Shown: positions 26,620 through 37,879, numbered from the stretch's first letter. The stretch: DNA of 64,000 nt from Candidatus Saliniplasma halalkaliphilum (GCA_019594235.1 JAFDTG010000001.1:5722-69721); one strand, 5' to 3'. A program made the numbers and translations. The notes: generated by a model from the sequence alone, not told the origin.

Positions 26620-28539
26620 ATGAAAGAAGAGATGGAGTCCCTAGAAATCTCAGCAGCTGTTAAGGAGTTAAAAAGTTTGATAGGAGGATATATGCAGAAA
26701 ATATACCGACCTAACAAAAAAGAGTTGCTTTTCAGGATACACGTTCCTGGTGTTGGCAAAAAAATGTTGATATTCCGGATCGGTAAAGCACTTTATTTAA
26801 CAGATAAAGATAGGGATAATCCAATGCATCCCGGTGACTTCATCATGCTTATTCGTAAGTATATAAGCAATGCTAGTATCTCAGATATTTATCAACATGA
26901 ATTCGATAGAGTAGTTGTAATGGAATTGAGAAAAAGAAGAAAATTTAGATTGGTTTTTGAGGTGTTCGGTAAGGGAAATCTTATACTCGATGGTGAAGAT
27001 AGAATTCTACTTCCCTATCGGTCAGAATCTTGGAGTCATAGAGAATTGAAAAAAGGTGAACTCTATAAATTCCCTCCTAGACGTATTAACCCACTAAATA
27101 TCTCTAGAGAAGAATTCATTCAGATATTAGAAGACTCTGATAAAGACCTTGTACGGACTTTAGCGGTCGACCTGAATATTGGAGGAAAATATTCCGAAGA
27201 AATATGTTCAAGGCTAAATGTAGACAAAAATTCTGAAGAGTTTTTAGAATATGCTGAAGACATATTGGATGTAATCGATGATTTGAAGAATCGAGTATTA
27301 GATGAAAGTAGATTGGATCCTAGATTAGTTAAAGATGACGATGAAATTAGCGATGGGGTTCCTTTTCCTTTATCTATATATGAACAGCACGAAGTCGAAG
27401 AGACAAATACATACAATGAAGCGCTGGACAAAGCCTTTCCAAAACCAGAAGAAAAAATCGAGGAAGAACAGAAAGAGGATTCAAGATTGGACAGGAAGCT
27501 GGAACAACAGAAAAGAGCTGTAAAAAATTTGAAAGAAAGTATAGTTGAAAACAAAAATATCGCAGAGATAATTTATCAAAATTATAAAGATTGTGAAGAA
27601 GCGTTGAGTATAGTACACAAAGCTAGGGATGAAGGAAATAGAGATGAAATATATGACGGATTAAGAGAAAAAGATGAGATAGTTCAAGTAAATGATAAGG
27701 ATGAATATATAATAATGCGTTTAAAGGGAATAGTTGACGACGAAAAAATAAAGGAAAATGTCAAAATAGATTTTAGAAAAGATGTCAACGAAAATGCTCA
27801 AAAGTACTATAATAAAAGTAAAAAATCCAAGAAAAAACTAGAAGGTGCAAAGAAGGCAGTAAAACAAACGGAAAAACAGATAAAAGAAGGAAAAGCAAAA
27901 AAGATTGAAAAGAAAACTATTAAGCCCACAGAAAAATTTTGGTTCGATAAGTACAAATGGTTCATTTCTAGTGAAAACAACTTAGTGATTGCTGGGAAGG
28001 ATGCAAAAACAAATGAAGAAGTCGTTAAAAAATACATGGAAAATAATTCTAGGTATTCCCATGCAGAAGCTGGGGGTGCTCCTAGTGTTGTGATCAAAAA
28101 TGATGATGGCATAGATGAGCCCTCATTAATAGAAGCATGTCAATACTCAATTATCCATTCCAAAGAATGGAATAGGGGGATCGCATCAGGTCGAGCTTAC
28201 TGGGTAAAACCCAACCAGGTGAGTAAAACTGCTGAGGCGGGGGAATCCCTTCCCACTGGAGCCTTTGTAATCAGGGGAAAAAGAAATTACATCGATAATT
28301 TACCCCTCGAAGCGATCTTGACCGAAATCGAGTATAAAGGTCATAGAAAGGTGATGTGCGCGCCAAGTTTACTGCTGAAAAATAAAGATGAGGAGTTCTC
28401 CGGTAAAAAAGTGAAATTCATACCCGGAAAAAAAGACCAAAACGAGTTTGCAAAGGAGATGTCAAAGTACTTCCAAGTACCCGTCAAAGAGATTCAAAAT
28501 ATATTACCTCCTGGCGGAGTAAAAATAATTGAAAAATAA
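26620..28539 (+). CDS. NFACT-family protein (Rqc2/RqcH/FbpA homologue; NFACT-N, coiled coil, NFACT-R/DUF814)
   Basis: 639 aa; DUF814-type region FWFDKYKWFISSENNLVIAGKDAKTNEEVV; a central K/E-rich coiled coil. Confidence 0.75.
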   Translation: MKEEMESLEISAAVKELKSLIGGYMQKIYRPNKKELLFRIHVPGVGKKMLIFRIGKALYLTDKDRDNPMHPGDFIMLIRKYISNASISDIYQHEFDRVVVMELRKRRKFRLVFEVFGKGNLILDGEDRILLPYRSESWSHRELKKGELYKFPPRRINPLNISREEFIQILEDSDKDLVRTLAVDLNIGGKYSEEICSRLNVDKNSEEFLEYAEDILDVIDDLKNRVLDESRLDPRLVKDDDEISDGVPFPLSIYEQHEVEETNTYNEALDKAFPKPEEKIEEEQKEDSRLDRKLEQQKRAVKNLKESIVENKNIAEIIYQNYKDCEEALSIVHKARDEGNRDEIYDGLREKDEIVQVNDKDEYIIMRLKGIVDDEKIKENVKIDFRKDVNENAQKYYNKSKKSKKKLEGAKKAVKQTEKQIKEGKAKKIEKKTIKPTEKFWFDKYKWFISSENNLVIAGKDAKTNEEVVKKYMENNSRYSHAEAGGAPSVVIKNDDGIDEPSLIEACQYSIIHSKEWNRGIASGRAYWVKPNQVSKTAEAGESLPTGAFVIRGKRNYIDNLPLEAILTEIEYKGHRKVMCAPSLLLKNKDEEFSGKKVKFIPGKKDQNEFAKEMSKYFQVPVKEIQNILPPGGVKIIEK

Positions 28540-28571
28540 GAAAGAGTGGAAAGGAGTTCAAGTTTTTAAAG

Positions 28572-30011
28572 CTATTCAGCTTCTAAAAATGCTTTGTAAG
28601 CTTTATAGGTATGGTAAATATCCACTTTCGATATTATCTCGAACGGTGAATGCATACCTAGTAATGGTGGACCTGCGTCGATTATATCTAAGTTCAGATT
28701 GGCTAAGAATTTAGCTACAGTTCCCCCACCACCTTCGTCGACCTTTCCTAGTTCAGCTGTCTGCCAACATACTTCGTTTTCATTGAATACAAGTCTTATA
28801 TAAGCAACGAATTCTGCGTGGGCATCGTTTGCGCTGTATTTTCCACCTGCACCAGTATATTTGGTTATAACAATTCCTTGACCCATCTTACCTGCGTTTC
28901 TGAGGTCATGAACACTCTTAAAGGATGGATTAACACCGGGATTAACGTCTCCAGAAATACCCTTACTGTTTTCCATAATGTTTCTGAAGTCCTCCATGGA
29001 GTAATCTCCCAACGTTTTAGCAAGGATCTGTTGGAATACTGATTCTGTGAATCTAGAATTTGCACCGGTATTACCTTCACTACCAATCTCTTCTTTATCG
29101 TATACCAAAATCAAACTGGTTTTAGAGGGGGTTTCTATGTTGAGTCCTGCCATCAAGCTGGTAAAGGCGCATACTCTGTCATCATGACCATATCCACCTA
29201 CCATACTTTTATCAAAGCCTAGGTCTCTAGCCTGTCCTGCTGGAACTATCTCGATCTCAGCGCTAGTCAAGTCCTCTTCTTTGATATCGTACTTGTCGTT
29301 CAATATCTTCAAGACGTTGATTTTGACCTTCTCATCTATATCATCGTCATCAATAGGTTTGCCTCCGATGATCACATTTAATTCCTCCCCTTTAATGACG
29401 TCCTTCATCTTCCTTTCAGATTGCTTTTTCTTCGAAAGATGGGGTAGTAAATCACTAACTGCAAAAACGGGATCGTTTGGATCTTCACCTATGGTTATAT
29501 CTATCACGTCTCCATCTTCTTTGACTACTTTACCGTGGATAGCTAAAGGTGTACTTACCCATTGATATTTCTTAATTCCACCATAATAGTGGGTATTGAA
29601 AAGTGCTAGTGAAGCATCTTTATCTTCGTAAACCGGTCTTGCTTTAAGATCCAACCTTGGAGCATCTATATGGCTTGTAAGGATTTGACAACCATCAGTA
29701 ATATTATTTTTTCCGATTATGACGATGGCTATTGCTTTGTTTTTATTAACGATGTAGGCCTTATCTCCTTGCTCTAATTTTTCACACTCGTCTATGGATA
29801 CAAATCCATTTTCTCTGAGTAAATCAATTGTATTGTCTACTGCTTCCCTCTCAGTTTTTGATTCAGATATAAACACTTTGTATTTTTCAGCGAATTCAGT
29901 TATCTCTGATTCAGTTTCTTCATCAGACTGTTCCCAGGCATTAGGTATAGAGAATGTGAGTTCATCTTCTAAAGTAGATTTTTCTTCTTCCATTTTACCA
30001 ACTAAGGGCAT
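28572..30011 (-). CDS. M18-family (aspartyl/aminopeptidase I-like) metallo-aminopeptidase
   Basis: 479 aa; HIDAPRLDLK and GGYGHDDRVCAF metal-ligand regions. Confidence 0.65.
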   Translation of the reverse strand: MPLVGKMEEEKSTLEDELTFSIPNAWEQSDEETESEITEFAEKYKVFISESKTEREAVDNTIDLLRENGFVSIDECEKLEQGDKAYIVNKNKAIAIVIIGKNNITDGCQILTSHIDAPRLDLKARPVYEDKDASLALFNTHYYGGIKKYQWVSTPLAIHGKVVKEDGDVIDITIGEDPNDPVFAVSDLLPHLSKKKQSERKMKDVIKGEELNVIIGGKPIDDDDIDEKVKINVLKILNDKYDIKEEDLTSAEIEIVPAGQARDLGFDKSMVGGYGHDDRVCAFTSLMAGLNIETPSKTSLILVYDKEEIGSEGNTGANSRFTESVFQQILAKTLGDYSMEDFRNIMENSKGISGDVNPGVNPSFKSVHDLRNAGKMGQGIVITKYTGAGGKYSANDAHAEFVAYIRLVFNENEVCWQTAELGKVDEGGGGTVAKFLANLNLDIIDAGPPLLGMHSPFEIISKVDIYHTYKAYKAFLEAE

Positions 30012-30190
30012 TAACTATGGAAGTATTATATTACGTTTGCGTCTTCATACAGTTTTATAATATATTACATACAAAGAATGCAATTGGATTGTTTTTTTTG
30101 GATAGAGGTTATTCCGAAAGTGTTATAAAGGGGTCATATATTGAGTAGATTGCTTCATTAAATTATAAATTACTGGATAGTGCTGAAAAC

Positions 30191-31060
30191 ATGACTGAAC
30201 TTCTAAAGGAATTGGAAGAAAAAAGAAAACGGGCCAATTCCCAGGCTGAGAAATATAAGCGCCTTAGGAATGAGATGAATCAAGAGGCAAAAAAATGGGT
30301 TCAAAAAAGAGATGAGCTCAATTCCAAGGTCAAGGAGCTTATAGAAGAGGGAAACGAGCTTAAAGAAGAACGTAACAAGCTCAATGAAGACGTTAAAAAA
30401 GCAAAGGAAAAGAGAAACGAGCTTAATAAAAAAGTTAGAAAATTATCTAACAAACTTAAAAAGAAGAAAAGAGAGATCCTCCCAAAGGATGGAAATTCTA
30501 TTGAAAAGCTGAACAAAGATATTGAAAAGCTCGAATACAAACAGATGACAAATGTTCTTTCTACAGATAAAGAAAAAGAGCTCGTAGATCAAATTTCCAC
30601 TTTGAGGGGAAAAGTAAAAGAAAGAGAAAGACTGCTCAACGAAAACGTAGAACTGAAAGAATTGTCAGAAAAACTAGAAGAAGCAAAAGAAAAAGCTGAA
30701 GAATTCCATGAAGAATTATCTACTAAAGCAGATGAAGCACAGAAAAAACACGACAAAATGATAGAGATCTTTAACGAAGCTGATGAAGTTAGAGAAAAAG
30801 CAGATGAAGCCCAAGCAAAATTCGTTGAAGCAAAAGTTGAAGCCGATGAATATCACCATAAACACATTGAAGCTGTGAATGAAGTTCAAGATTACAATAA
30901 AATAATTTCTGGTCTAAAGAAAAAGGAAAAGATGGCTAAGAAAAGAAAAGAAGAGAAGGATACTAAAGAAGAGGCTGAGAAATTATACGAACAGTTTAAA
31001 AAAGGGCAGAAACTTGGTACCGAAGATATAATGACGCTTCAGAAAGCCGGTCTGTTATAA
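30191..31060 (+). CDS. archaeal coiled-coil protein (COG1340-like), K/E-rich
   Basis: 289 aa; heptad-rich low-complexity sequence. Confidence 0.5.
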   Translation: MTELLKELEEKRKRANSQAEKYKRLRNEMNQEAKKWVQKRDELNSKVKELIEEGNELKEERNKLNEDVKKAKEKRNELNKKVRKLSNKLKKKKREILPKDGNSIEKLNKDIEKLEYKQMTNVLSTDKEKELVDQISTLRGKVKERERLLNENVELKELSEKLEEAKEKAEEFHEELSTKADEAQKKHDKMIEIFNEADEVREKADEAQAKFVEAKVEADEYHHKHIEAVNEVQDYNKIISGLKKKEKMAKKRKEEKDTKEEAEKLYEQFKKGQKLGTEDIMTLQKAGLL

Positions 31061-31159
31061 AGAAAACAACTTACTTAAACTATTTTTTTATCTTTATCTT
31101 CAAGTGGAGATATTCTTATACTAATCCAAAACCATATATTCACCTATTTTTATAACCCA

Positions 31160-32107
31160 TTGAGAAACATGGTTTCGAAGTTCGATAAAAAACACGTAGT
31201 TTCGATAAAAGATTTCACAAGAGAGGAGATCAACGAGATCCTTGATATAGCTAAAGATATGAAAGAGATTGCCATCGGTAACAAAATTGATAATTCATTG
31301 AACGGTAAAATACTGGGTACTTTATTTTTTGAACCAAGCACAAGAACACGACTTTCCTTTGAGAGTGCTATGAAAAGGTTAGGAGGTACATGTATTGGTT
31401 TCGCTAGGCCAGGTACTTCATCGGTAAAAAAAGGTGAAACGTTAGCAGATACTATACAAGTGATTGCTAGTTATGTGGATATAATCGTATTAAGACATCC
31501 TCAAGAAGGAGCAGCAAGATTGGCTGCTAAATTTTCAGAAAAACCGATACTTAACGCTGGTGATGGGGCTGGCCAACATCCTACCCAGACTTTACTTGAC
31601 CTTTTTACTATAAAAGAAGAAAAAGGCGAGATTAAGAATAAAAAGATCGGGATTGCAGGGGATCTAAAATATGGAAGAACTGTACACTCGCTTACCCATG
31701 CTTTATCTATGTATGAATGTGATCTTACTTTTATTGCACCAAATGCGCTACAAATACCTGACGAGATAATTAAAGACATAGACCGGCTTGGCATCAATTA
31801 CAAGAAAGTTGAAAATATCAAAGACGTACTATCTGAACTTGATGTACTCTATATGACAAGAATACAAAGAGAAAGGTTCCCTAGTGAAGATGAATATCTT
31901 GAAGTCGCTGAAACATACAATGTGAAAAAAAACATGTTGGATAATGTAAACGAGAATTTGATAATAATGCATCCTCTACCAAGAGTAGATGAGATTTCTG
32001 CGGATGTTGACGAAACGAAACATGCTAGATATTTCCAACAAGCTGCTAATGGTGTCCCTATCCGGATGGCTCTATTAAAATTACTAACGGAGGGATATGA
32101 TGAATAA
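31160..32107 (+). CDS. pyrB: aspartate carbamoyltransferase catalytic subunit
   Basis: STRTRLSFESA, HPTQ and HPLP motifs. Confidence 0.9.
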   Translation: MRNMVSKFDKKHVVSIKDFTREEINEILDIAKDMKEIAIGNKIDNSLNGKILGTLFFEPSTRTRLSFESAMKRLGGTCIGFARPGTSSVKKGETLADTIQVIASYVDIIVLRHPQEGAARLAAKFSEKPILNAGDGAGQHPTQTLLDLFTIKEEKGEIKNKKIGIAGDLKYGRTVHSLTHALSMYECDLTFIAPNALQIPDEIIKDIDRLGINYKKVENIKDVLSELDVLYMTRIQRERFPSEDEYLEVAETYNVKKNMLDNVNENLIIMHPLPRVDEISADVDETKHARYFQQAANGVPIRMALLKLLTEGYDE

Positions 32108-32573
32108 AAAGAAAAAGAAAATCAAGATTACTCCAATAGAAAGCGGAACTGTTATCGATCACGTTAAAAGTGGCCACGCCATGAAAGTCCTAAAAATAAT
32201 AGGCGTCATGGATAAACAGATGAACAGTATCGTTAGTATTGCCATGAACGTTAATAGTAGTTATGGGAAAAAAGACATCGTAAAAGTAGAGAATATGGAA
32301 CTAGAAAGCGATGAATTAGACAAAATTTCGCTTATATCTCCTAGAGCAACCGTTAATATAATACGAGATTTCGAGGTAATAAAAAAGCATCAAGTAAAAT
32401 TACCGGAAAAAGTTAAAGGAATTGTCAAATGCATTAACAACACATGTATCACAAATCAAAATGAACCAATTGAGTCGGAATTTGATGTAGTCGGTGAAGA
32501 TCCAGTCACATTGAAATGCGTATATTGCGAAAGAGAGATGAAAGGTGAAGAAATCTCTGAAAACGTAATATAA
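32097..32573 (+). CDS. pyrI: aspartate carbamoyltransferase regulatory subunit
   Basis: 158 aa; C-terminal Zn domain CINNTC...CVYC; 11-nt overlap with pyrB. Confidence 0.85.
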   Translation: MMNKKKKKIKITPIESGTVIDHVKSGHAMKVLKIIGVMDKQMNSIVSIAMNVNSSYGKKDIVKVENMELESDELDKISLISPRATVNIIRDFEVIKKHQVKLPEKVKGIVKCINNTCITNQNEPIESEFDVVGEDPVTLKCVYCEREMKGEEISENVI

Positions 32574-32625
32574 TCAATACAATATCAAAAAGTAAAATCT
32601 TCGATGAGGCAACAGTCTTACAGAT

Positions 32626-33498
32626 GTGAATTTCATGGGTAAAATCAAGGGTGTATGGGATCTTATCAGGTTAGACCATGGTCTGATGCTAGCTGCCGCG
32701 GTATTGATAGGAGCCGTAATAGCCCAAAAAGGAATACCCTCAGACTTCTGGAAGCTTACATTAGCTATTCTTACAGCTGTTTTTTTGGAGATTAGTACTT
32801 TTGCTTTAAATGACTATTTTGATTATCCCATCGATAAAAGAAATGACAGGACAGATAGACCCCTAGTTAGAGGCGATATCTCTCATATGACAGCACTTTT
32901 AGTGACCCTCATCTTCTTTCCCATGGGGATTATAACAGCTTTCTTTGTAAATTATGCATGCTTTATAATCGCTTTGATTACTGGTTTGTTTGCTCTCTCT
33001 TATGATATAAAACTTAAAAAAATCAAACTTGTGAGTAATTATTACATTGCATACACAATGGCAATACCATTCTTATTTGGAGGTGTCGCATTTTCACCAA
33101 GAATACCCCCTATAATATGGATCCTTTCATCCATGGCTTTCCTTTCCGGCGTTGGACGTGAGATATTAAAAGACATTATGGATTTAAAGGGTGATAAAGA
33201 AGGTGAAGTAAAATCACTTCCATTATACATAGGGAAACAGAAATCGTTCATCATATCGGGTATATTTTTTATTAGCGCGGTATCTATAAGTTTAATTCCC
33301 TTTATTGTAAACATCGACCCCTCATTTTTTAGAAACTATTTTTACTTGATTTCCGTTTCAATTGCTAATATATTATTTATATGGATAACTGTTTCAATTA
33401 CTACTCGAAAGAATCCTCGTGTAAAACTTTTTAGAACATTGACATTGGTAGCTATGATGTTGGGGTTAGTCGCCTTTTTAATAGGGTCTTTGACTTGA
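32626..33498 (+). CDS. UbiA-family prenyltransferase (likely DGGGP synthase-like)
   Basis: 290 aa polytopic; NDYFDYPIDK and DxxxD motifs. Confidence 0.7.
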   Translation: MNFMGKIKGVWDLIRLDHGLMLAAAVLIGAVIAQKGIPSDFWKLTLAILTAVFLEISTFALNDYFDYPIDKRNDRTDRPLVRGDISHMTALLVTLIFFPMGIITAFFVNYACFIIALITGLFALSYDIKLKKIKLVSNYYIAYTMAIPFLFGGVAFSPRIPPIIWILSSMAFLSGVGREILKDIMDLKGDKEGEVKSLPLYIGKQKSFIISGIFFISAVSISLIPFIVNIDPSFFRNYFYLISVSIANILFIWITVSITTRKNPRVKLFRTLTLVAMMLGLVAFLIGSLT

Positions 33499-33592
33499 AC
33501 TATAAATTTAGATAACTACAAATATAACACTAATATTAAACATAATGAAAATTGTATGGAAACCCACTATAAAAACCATATAGGGTGACATT

Positions 33593-34159
33593 ATGAAACT
33601 TATTATAATAGACGGGTGTGATGCTTCGGGAAAAGATACCCATGCCCTTAAGTTGAAAGAGATGTTCGATAATGAGGATAAAATAGTGGAAATCCGTTCT
33701 CATCCTGAAGGGGATAACTTTTTCGGTAAAATAGCTAAGAAAGCTCTTTTAAAAGATGGGATGGTAAACAAATTAAAGGCCTCGGTTTTTTACGCTTTGG
33801 ATGTATTTAGATCTCTAAATATATACTATGATCATGAGGAAATCGATGTACTAATTATAGTTCGATATTTGATGGGAACTGCTTACCTTCCTAAACCATT
33901 TTCTAAGATCAGTTATAAAATTTTCAAAAAGGTCTTACCAACATCTGAATATATGTTCTTTTTAGATGTTAATCCAGAAGATGCTGTAGAAAGATTGAAT
34001 AAAAGACAAAAAAGAGAAATTTTCGAAAATTTTGAGGACATTTGTAGAGTAAGAAATAAAATTTTTTCTATCATAGATGGTAAATGGCATATCATTGATA
34101 CAGGCAGACCTATACATGAAACTGCTCAAGAAATAAAACAGATACTGAGAAAGGATTAG
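33593..34159 (+). CDS. tmk: thymidylate kinase-like P-loop kinase
   Basis: 188 aa; IDGCDASGKDT P-loop, LDVNPEDAVERL LID-like region; collinear with Tmk. Confidence 0.5.
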   Translation: MKLIIIDGCDASGKDTHALKLKEMFDNEDKIVEIRSHPEGDNFFGKIAKKALLKDGMVNKLKASVFYALDVFRSLNIYYDHEEIDVLIIVRYLMGTAYLPKPFSKISYKIFKKVLPTSEYMFFLDVNPEDAVERLNKRQKREIFENFEDICRVRNKIFSIIDGKWHIIDTGRPIHETAQEIKQILRKD

Positions 34160-34164
34160 TTGTG

Positions 34165-35085
34165 TTACAAAAATTTCCCCATGATTAAAGGCAATAAAGC
34201 AGTTGCATCACCTTCAACAGTTATGTAGTCTGCATCTTCCCTTACTTTTCCCCAAGAAACTGCTTCTCTTATTCTAGCACCAGAAAGAGACCCATCATAT
34301 TCAACAGCAGTGGTAACATAAACAGCATATTCTAAACCTCCTCTGAACTGATTCCACCAAATTGTATGATGTTTCGAGATACCTCCTCCCACCATAAGAG
34401 CTCCGGTCTTCTCAGCGGGGAATACTATGTCGGATAATTCCTGTTGGTCTTTCATCATATTGATACTAAAATCTTTATCGTTCTGCCAGTACATCCACAG
34501 TTGAGATCCAAATGCGCCATCTGTTATTCCAGGAACATATATTGGAATATCTTTTTTTGCTGCCCAATGCAATATGGAACTCTCGTCATCTATCCTTTTA
34601 CCAAACTGATATATTATCTCTCTTGTACTCAGGTTAGGACCACACTCATCAACTATTTCTTTTAACAACGGCTGCATCTCTCTTTCTAGAACTTCCCCAT
34701 AGGACGAGTTAGGGATGAAGATATTACCTAGTCTGTTGACACCTTCTCTATGTAATTCACTATCATCTACCGAAAAACTACCATGATAATAGTCTTCCCA
34801 TACCCTTGCAAGATCATGGTCTAATGTACCACAAGTAGTGATTATCACGTCGAATAACTCGTTTTTGATAGCATCCTTAATAATACCTCTGGTTCCGGTT
34901 GAAATGATACAAGCTGGAAAGGAAAGAAATTTTACACAGTCATCATTGAACATTTTATCAAGTACATCTACAGCGACACCTACTTTTTTAGCTACAAAAC
35001 CACCTGAGTCATAATATTGATCGATTAAATCAGATATCTTTGTATCCTCATTAATATCAAAGTCAATTACCTTCTTTTTTACCAT
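34165..35085 (-). CDS. dys: deoxyhypusine synthase
   Basis: TTCGTLDHDL and MVGGGISKHH NAD/spermidine-site motifs; start chosen at the internal M (MVKKKVIDF, weak GGGT Shine-Dalgarno); the ORF track's longer N-terminus (to 35232) is less likely but possible. Confidence 0.8.
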   Translation of the reverse strand: MVKKKVIDFDINEDTKISDLIDQYYDSGGFVAKKVGVAVDVLDKMFNDDCVKFLSFPACIISTGTRGIIKDAIKNELFDVIITTCGTLDHDLARVWEDYYHGSFSVDDSELHREGVNRLGNIFIPNSSYGEVLEREMQPLLKEIVDECGPNLSTREIIYQFGKRIDDESSILHWAAKKDIPIYVPGITDGAFGSQLWMYWQNDKDFSINMMKDQQELSDIVFPAEKTGALMVGGGISKHHTIWWNQFRGGLEYAVYVTTAVEYDGSLSGARIREAVSWGKVREDADYITVEGDATALLPLIMGKFL

Positions 35086-35327
35086 AATACCCGTGAGTCT
35101 TAGTTTATCATTTGATAAAAATTTTATGTGATTTTTAATGTGATCTAGAAAATCCCATTTCGTCAGACAAATATCGAGTTGTTGTCTGACCATGATTAAT
35201 TTAATATGATACTTCAAAAGAATTTCTGACAAAATGAGTTAAATTATATGTACTTTTGTTGATATACCCAAATGATTTAAATACTTATAATAAGTTCCTT
35301 TTATCAACTAAATGGACGGGATCCTAT

Positions 35328-36473
35328 ATGGAGTCAATAATAAATCAGGCTTTAAATAAGCACGAGAAGGATGAAACATCTGAAAAAGAAAAACCCAGAG
35401 GAAAAACGATAGAAGATGTCGATGAAGAAAAGATCGAAGGAGCTCCTGAAGATGAAGAGCTTCGGGATTTACTCGAAACACTAGAAGTCAAAATTCGAAT
35501 ATTTGGCTGTGGTGGAGGAGGATGCAATACTTTAGATCGTCTGACACAAGAAGGTATCAGCGGAGCTGAATTAATTGCATGCAACACCGATGCAAAACAT
35601 CTACTTCATACTCATGCTCAGAAAAAGGTTTTGATAGGCAAAAACACCACTAGAGGATTAGGTGCGGGTGCTAGACCAGAAGTAGGTGAAGAATCTGCTA
35701 GGGAATCAAAAGAAGAATTAAAGAAATACATGGAAGGTGCTGATATAGTGTTCATCACAGCAGGTATGGGAGGAGGTACTGGTACTGGTGTAGCACCTGT
35801 TGTTGCTGAACTAGCAAAAGAAGAAGAGGCACTTGTTATGGGTGTAGTTACACTTCCTTTTGAAGGTGAAGGTAGAGAAAGGATGAAGAATGCCAAAAGA
35901 GGCCTTTCTAAACTAGAACGATACTGTGACACAACTGTTATAATACCCAATGATAAATTATTGGAATTAGTACCTAATCTTTCTCTTAACGCTGCATTCA
36001 AAGTTGCAGACGAAATATTGATGGAATCTATCAAAGGGATGACCGAAATCATCACAAAACCAGGTCTTGTGAACTTGGATTACAACGATGTTAGAACCAT
36101 AATGGATGATGGCGGTGTCGCCATGATCGGTATCGGTGATTCAGATGATCCAAACAACAGGGTCGACGACGCAGTTAATCAAGCTATCGGTTCACCATTG
36201 TTAGGTGAGATCGACTTGAGCGATGCAAACGGCGCACTGATCAGGGTTACAGGTGGTCCAGACATGACCGTAACCGAAGCAGAAAGAGCTGCAGATTTAG
36301 TGAATGAAAAGATATCCGGCGACGCAAGAATAATTTGGGGCTGTAATGTCGAGGAAGATTTAAAGAACACAATGAAGATCTTATTGGTTATAACAAACGT
36401 TCATTCAGAATCTGACCAATTAGCCCATGAATCTATGATCGGTTCCGGCGACGGAATAGATATGGTAGATTAG
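35328..36473 (+). CDS. ftsZ: cell division GTPase FtsZ
   Basis: GGGGCNT, tubulin signature GMGGGTGTG, NTDAKHL; start at M25 of the track ORF. Confidence 0.9.
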   Translation: MESIINQALNKHEKDETSEKEKPRGKTIEDVDEEKIEGAPEDEELRDLLETLEVKIRIFGCGGGGCNTLDRLTQEGISGAELIACNTDAKHLLHTHAQKKVLIGKNTTRGLGAGARPEVGEESARESKEELKKYMEGADIVFITAGMGGGTGTGVAPVVAELAKEEEALVMGVVTLPFEGEGRERMKNAKRGLSKLERYCDTTVIIPNDKLLELVPNLSLNAAFKVADEILMESIKGMTEIITKPGLVNLDYNDVRTIMDDGGVAMIGIGDSDDPNNRVDDAVNQAIGSPLLGEIDLSDANGALIRVTGGPDMTVTEAERAADLVNEKISGDARIIWGCNVEEDLKNTMKILLVITNVHSESDQLAHESMIGSGDGIDMVD

Positions 36474-36525
36474 GAAAAATATACAGCAAAAAACATTTAC
36501 CCCCTTCTATTTATTTTAATTATAT

Positions 36526-37134
36526 ATGTTAGCTAAAGGGTCTTTAAAACCAATATCAATTTCATCAATACCAGTTTTCATCACAATAATTTTAGGATTC
36601 TTTGTGTGGCCTCCAAGTTATTATTTTACAATATTATTCTTGATATTGACTCTAGGCGTAGTTATATTTTTTAGAGACCCAGACAGAACTATCGGTGAGG
36701 GGTTGGTTTCACCTGCTGATGGAAAAGTTATATTGGTAAATAAGGATATCAATAGGATAGACGTATTCATGAATATCACCAACGTACACGTAAACAGATC
36801 ACCATATTCAGGAAAGGTAAAAGATACAAAAAGGATCGATGGAAAGTTTAAACCAGCTTTTTCAGAAAAATCTGAGAACAATTTTAGACACATAATTACC
36901 TTGATCACCGATTATGGAACTATCAAGATCCATCAGATAACTGGATTTTTTGCTAGACGAATAGTGCCGTATCTCCATAAAGGTGATGAATTACAAAAGG
37001 GAGAGCGGATAGGTTTGATCCGTTTCGGGTCACGGGTTAGATTGGACCTTCCAGATAATGTAAATATAACCGCTGAGAAAGGTGATAAAGTGAAAGCAGG
37101 TGAATCTACAATAGGTGTTTGGAATGAAGATTAA
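36526..37134 (+). CDS. psd: archaetidylserine/phosphatidylserine decarboxylase proenzyme
   Basis: 202 aa; N-terminal TM; FGSRV (GS-T/R self-cleavage motif). Confidence 0.7.
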   Translation: MLAKGSLKPISISSIPVFITIILGFFVWPPSYYFTILFLILTLGVVIFFRDPDRTIGEGLVSPADGKVILVNKDINRIDVFMNITNVHVNRSPYSGKVKDTKRIDGKFKPAFSEKSENNFRHIITLITDYGTIKIHQITGFFARRIVPYLHKGDELQKGERIGLIRFGSRVRLDLPDNVNITAEKGDKVKAGESTIGVWNED

Positions 37135-37879
37135 AGAAACTTTAGGTTCATTAAACATCCCCGATTATGTTACCTTATCAAATGGTTTATTGGGATTCTT
37201 AGCGATCACTTATATTATTGATAAAAAATTCTATTTAGCTTCAATAATACTTATCATATGTATAGGATTAGATGGCCTAGATGGATATCTAGCTAGAAGA
37301 TTAAACCTTGTCCATGAATTAGGTTCATATCTAGACATGGTTTCTGATACATTGTCATTTTGTTTCGCCCCTGCCATGTTAGTATATTCATCTTACTATG
37401 ACCTTACTTTGGGTAGGGCGTGGCAATCACCTGTTAACGCACTGTCAACATTGGTCCCTATGATGGTCGTTTTTTTTGGAGTATTAAGATTATCTCGATT
37501 CGTTGATATACAGCAAGAAGATAAAATATACACCGGCTTACCTACCCCTTTGTTCACACTATTGATCGTATCCATAACGTATCTTTTTGGTTGGGGAGCA
37601 ATATATGATGTCTCTTCTTACATCCCCTTATTTGTGATCTTATCTATTTCACTTCTACTTTACAGTAATCTACTTTATCCAAAATTGATCGGTGCTAAAA
37701 GGAAATCTGTTGGCCTTTTATTTTTATTTATAGCATTGATAGGATTTATTCTAACCAGATGGAGTATGGATATTGGTAATTTATTTATATGGATAACTTT
37801 ATTTGTTTGTATATTGTATATAATATTTGGACTCGTCCTAGTTGATAGATATGACCACGAAAAAAGAAAAAATAGCTAA
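37115..37879 (+). CDS. pssA: CDP-alcohol phosphatidyltransferase (archaetidylserine synthase-like)
   Basis: DGLDGYLARR...G...D...D matches the D-G-x2-A-R-x8-G-x3-D-x3-D motif; overlaps psd by 20 nt. Confidence 0.8.
   Translation: MFGMKIKETLGSLNIPDYVTLSNGLLGFLAITYIIDKKFYLASIILIICIGLDGLDGYLARRLNLVHELGSYLDMVSDTLSFCFAPAMLVYSSYYDLTLGRAWQSPVNALSTLVPMMVVFFGVLRLSRFVDIQQEDKIYTGLPTPLFTLLIVSITYLFGWGAIYDVSSYIPLFVILSISLLLYSNLLYPKLIGAKRKSVGLLFLFIALIGFILTRWSMDIGNLFIWITLFVCILYIIFGLVLVDRYDHEKRKNS

Noticed and set aside
30191-31060. Low-complexity K/E-rich repeats as a possible tandem DNA repeat or CRISPR-like array
   Set aside because: It is a continuous 289-aa coiled-coil ORF with no exact spacer/repeat periodicity at the DNA level.
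35086-35232. 49-aa N-terminal extension of the deoxyhypusine synthase ORF
   Set aside because: It has no Shine-Dalgarno and an atypical composition. An internal start at 35085 gives a protein collinear with known DHS, though the longer form cannot be excluded.
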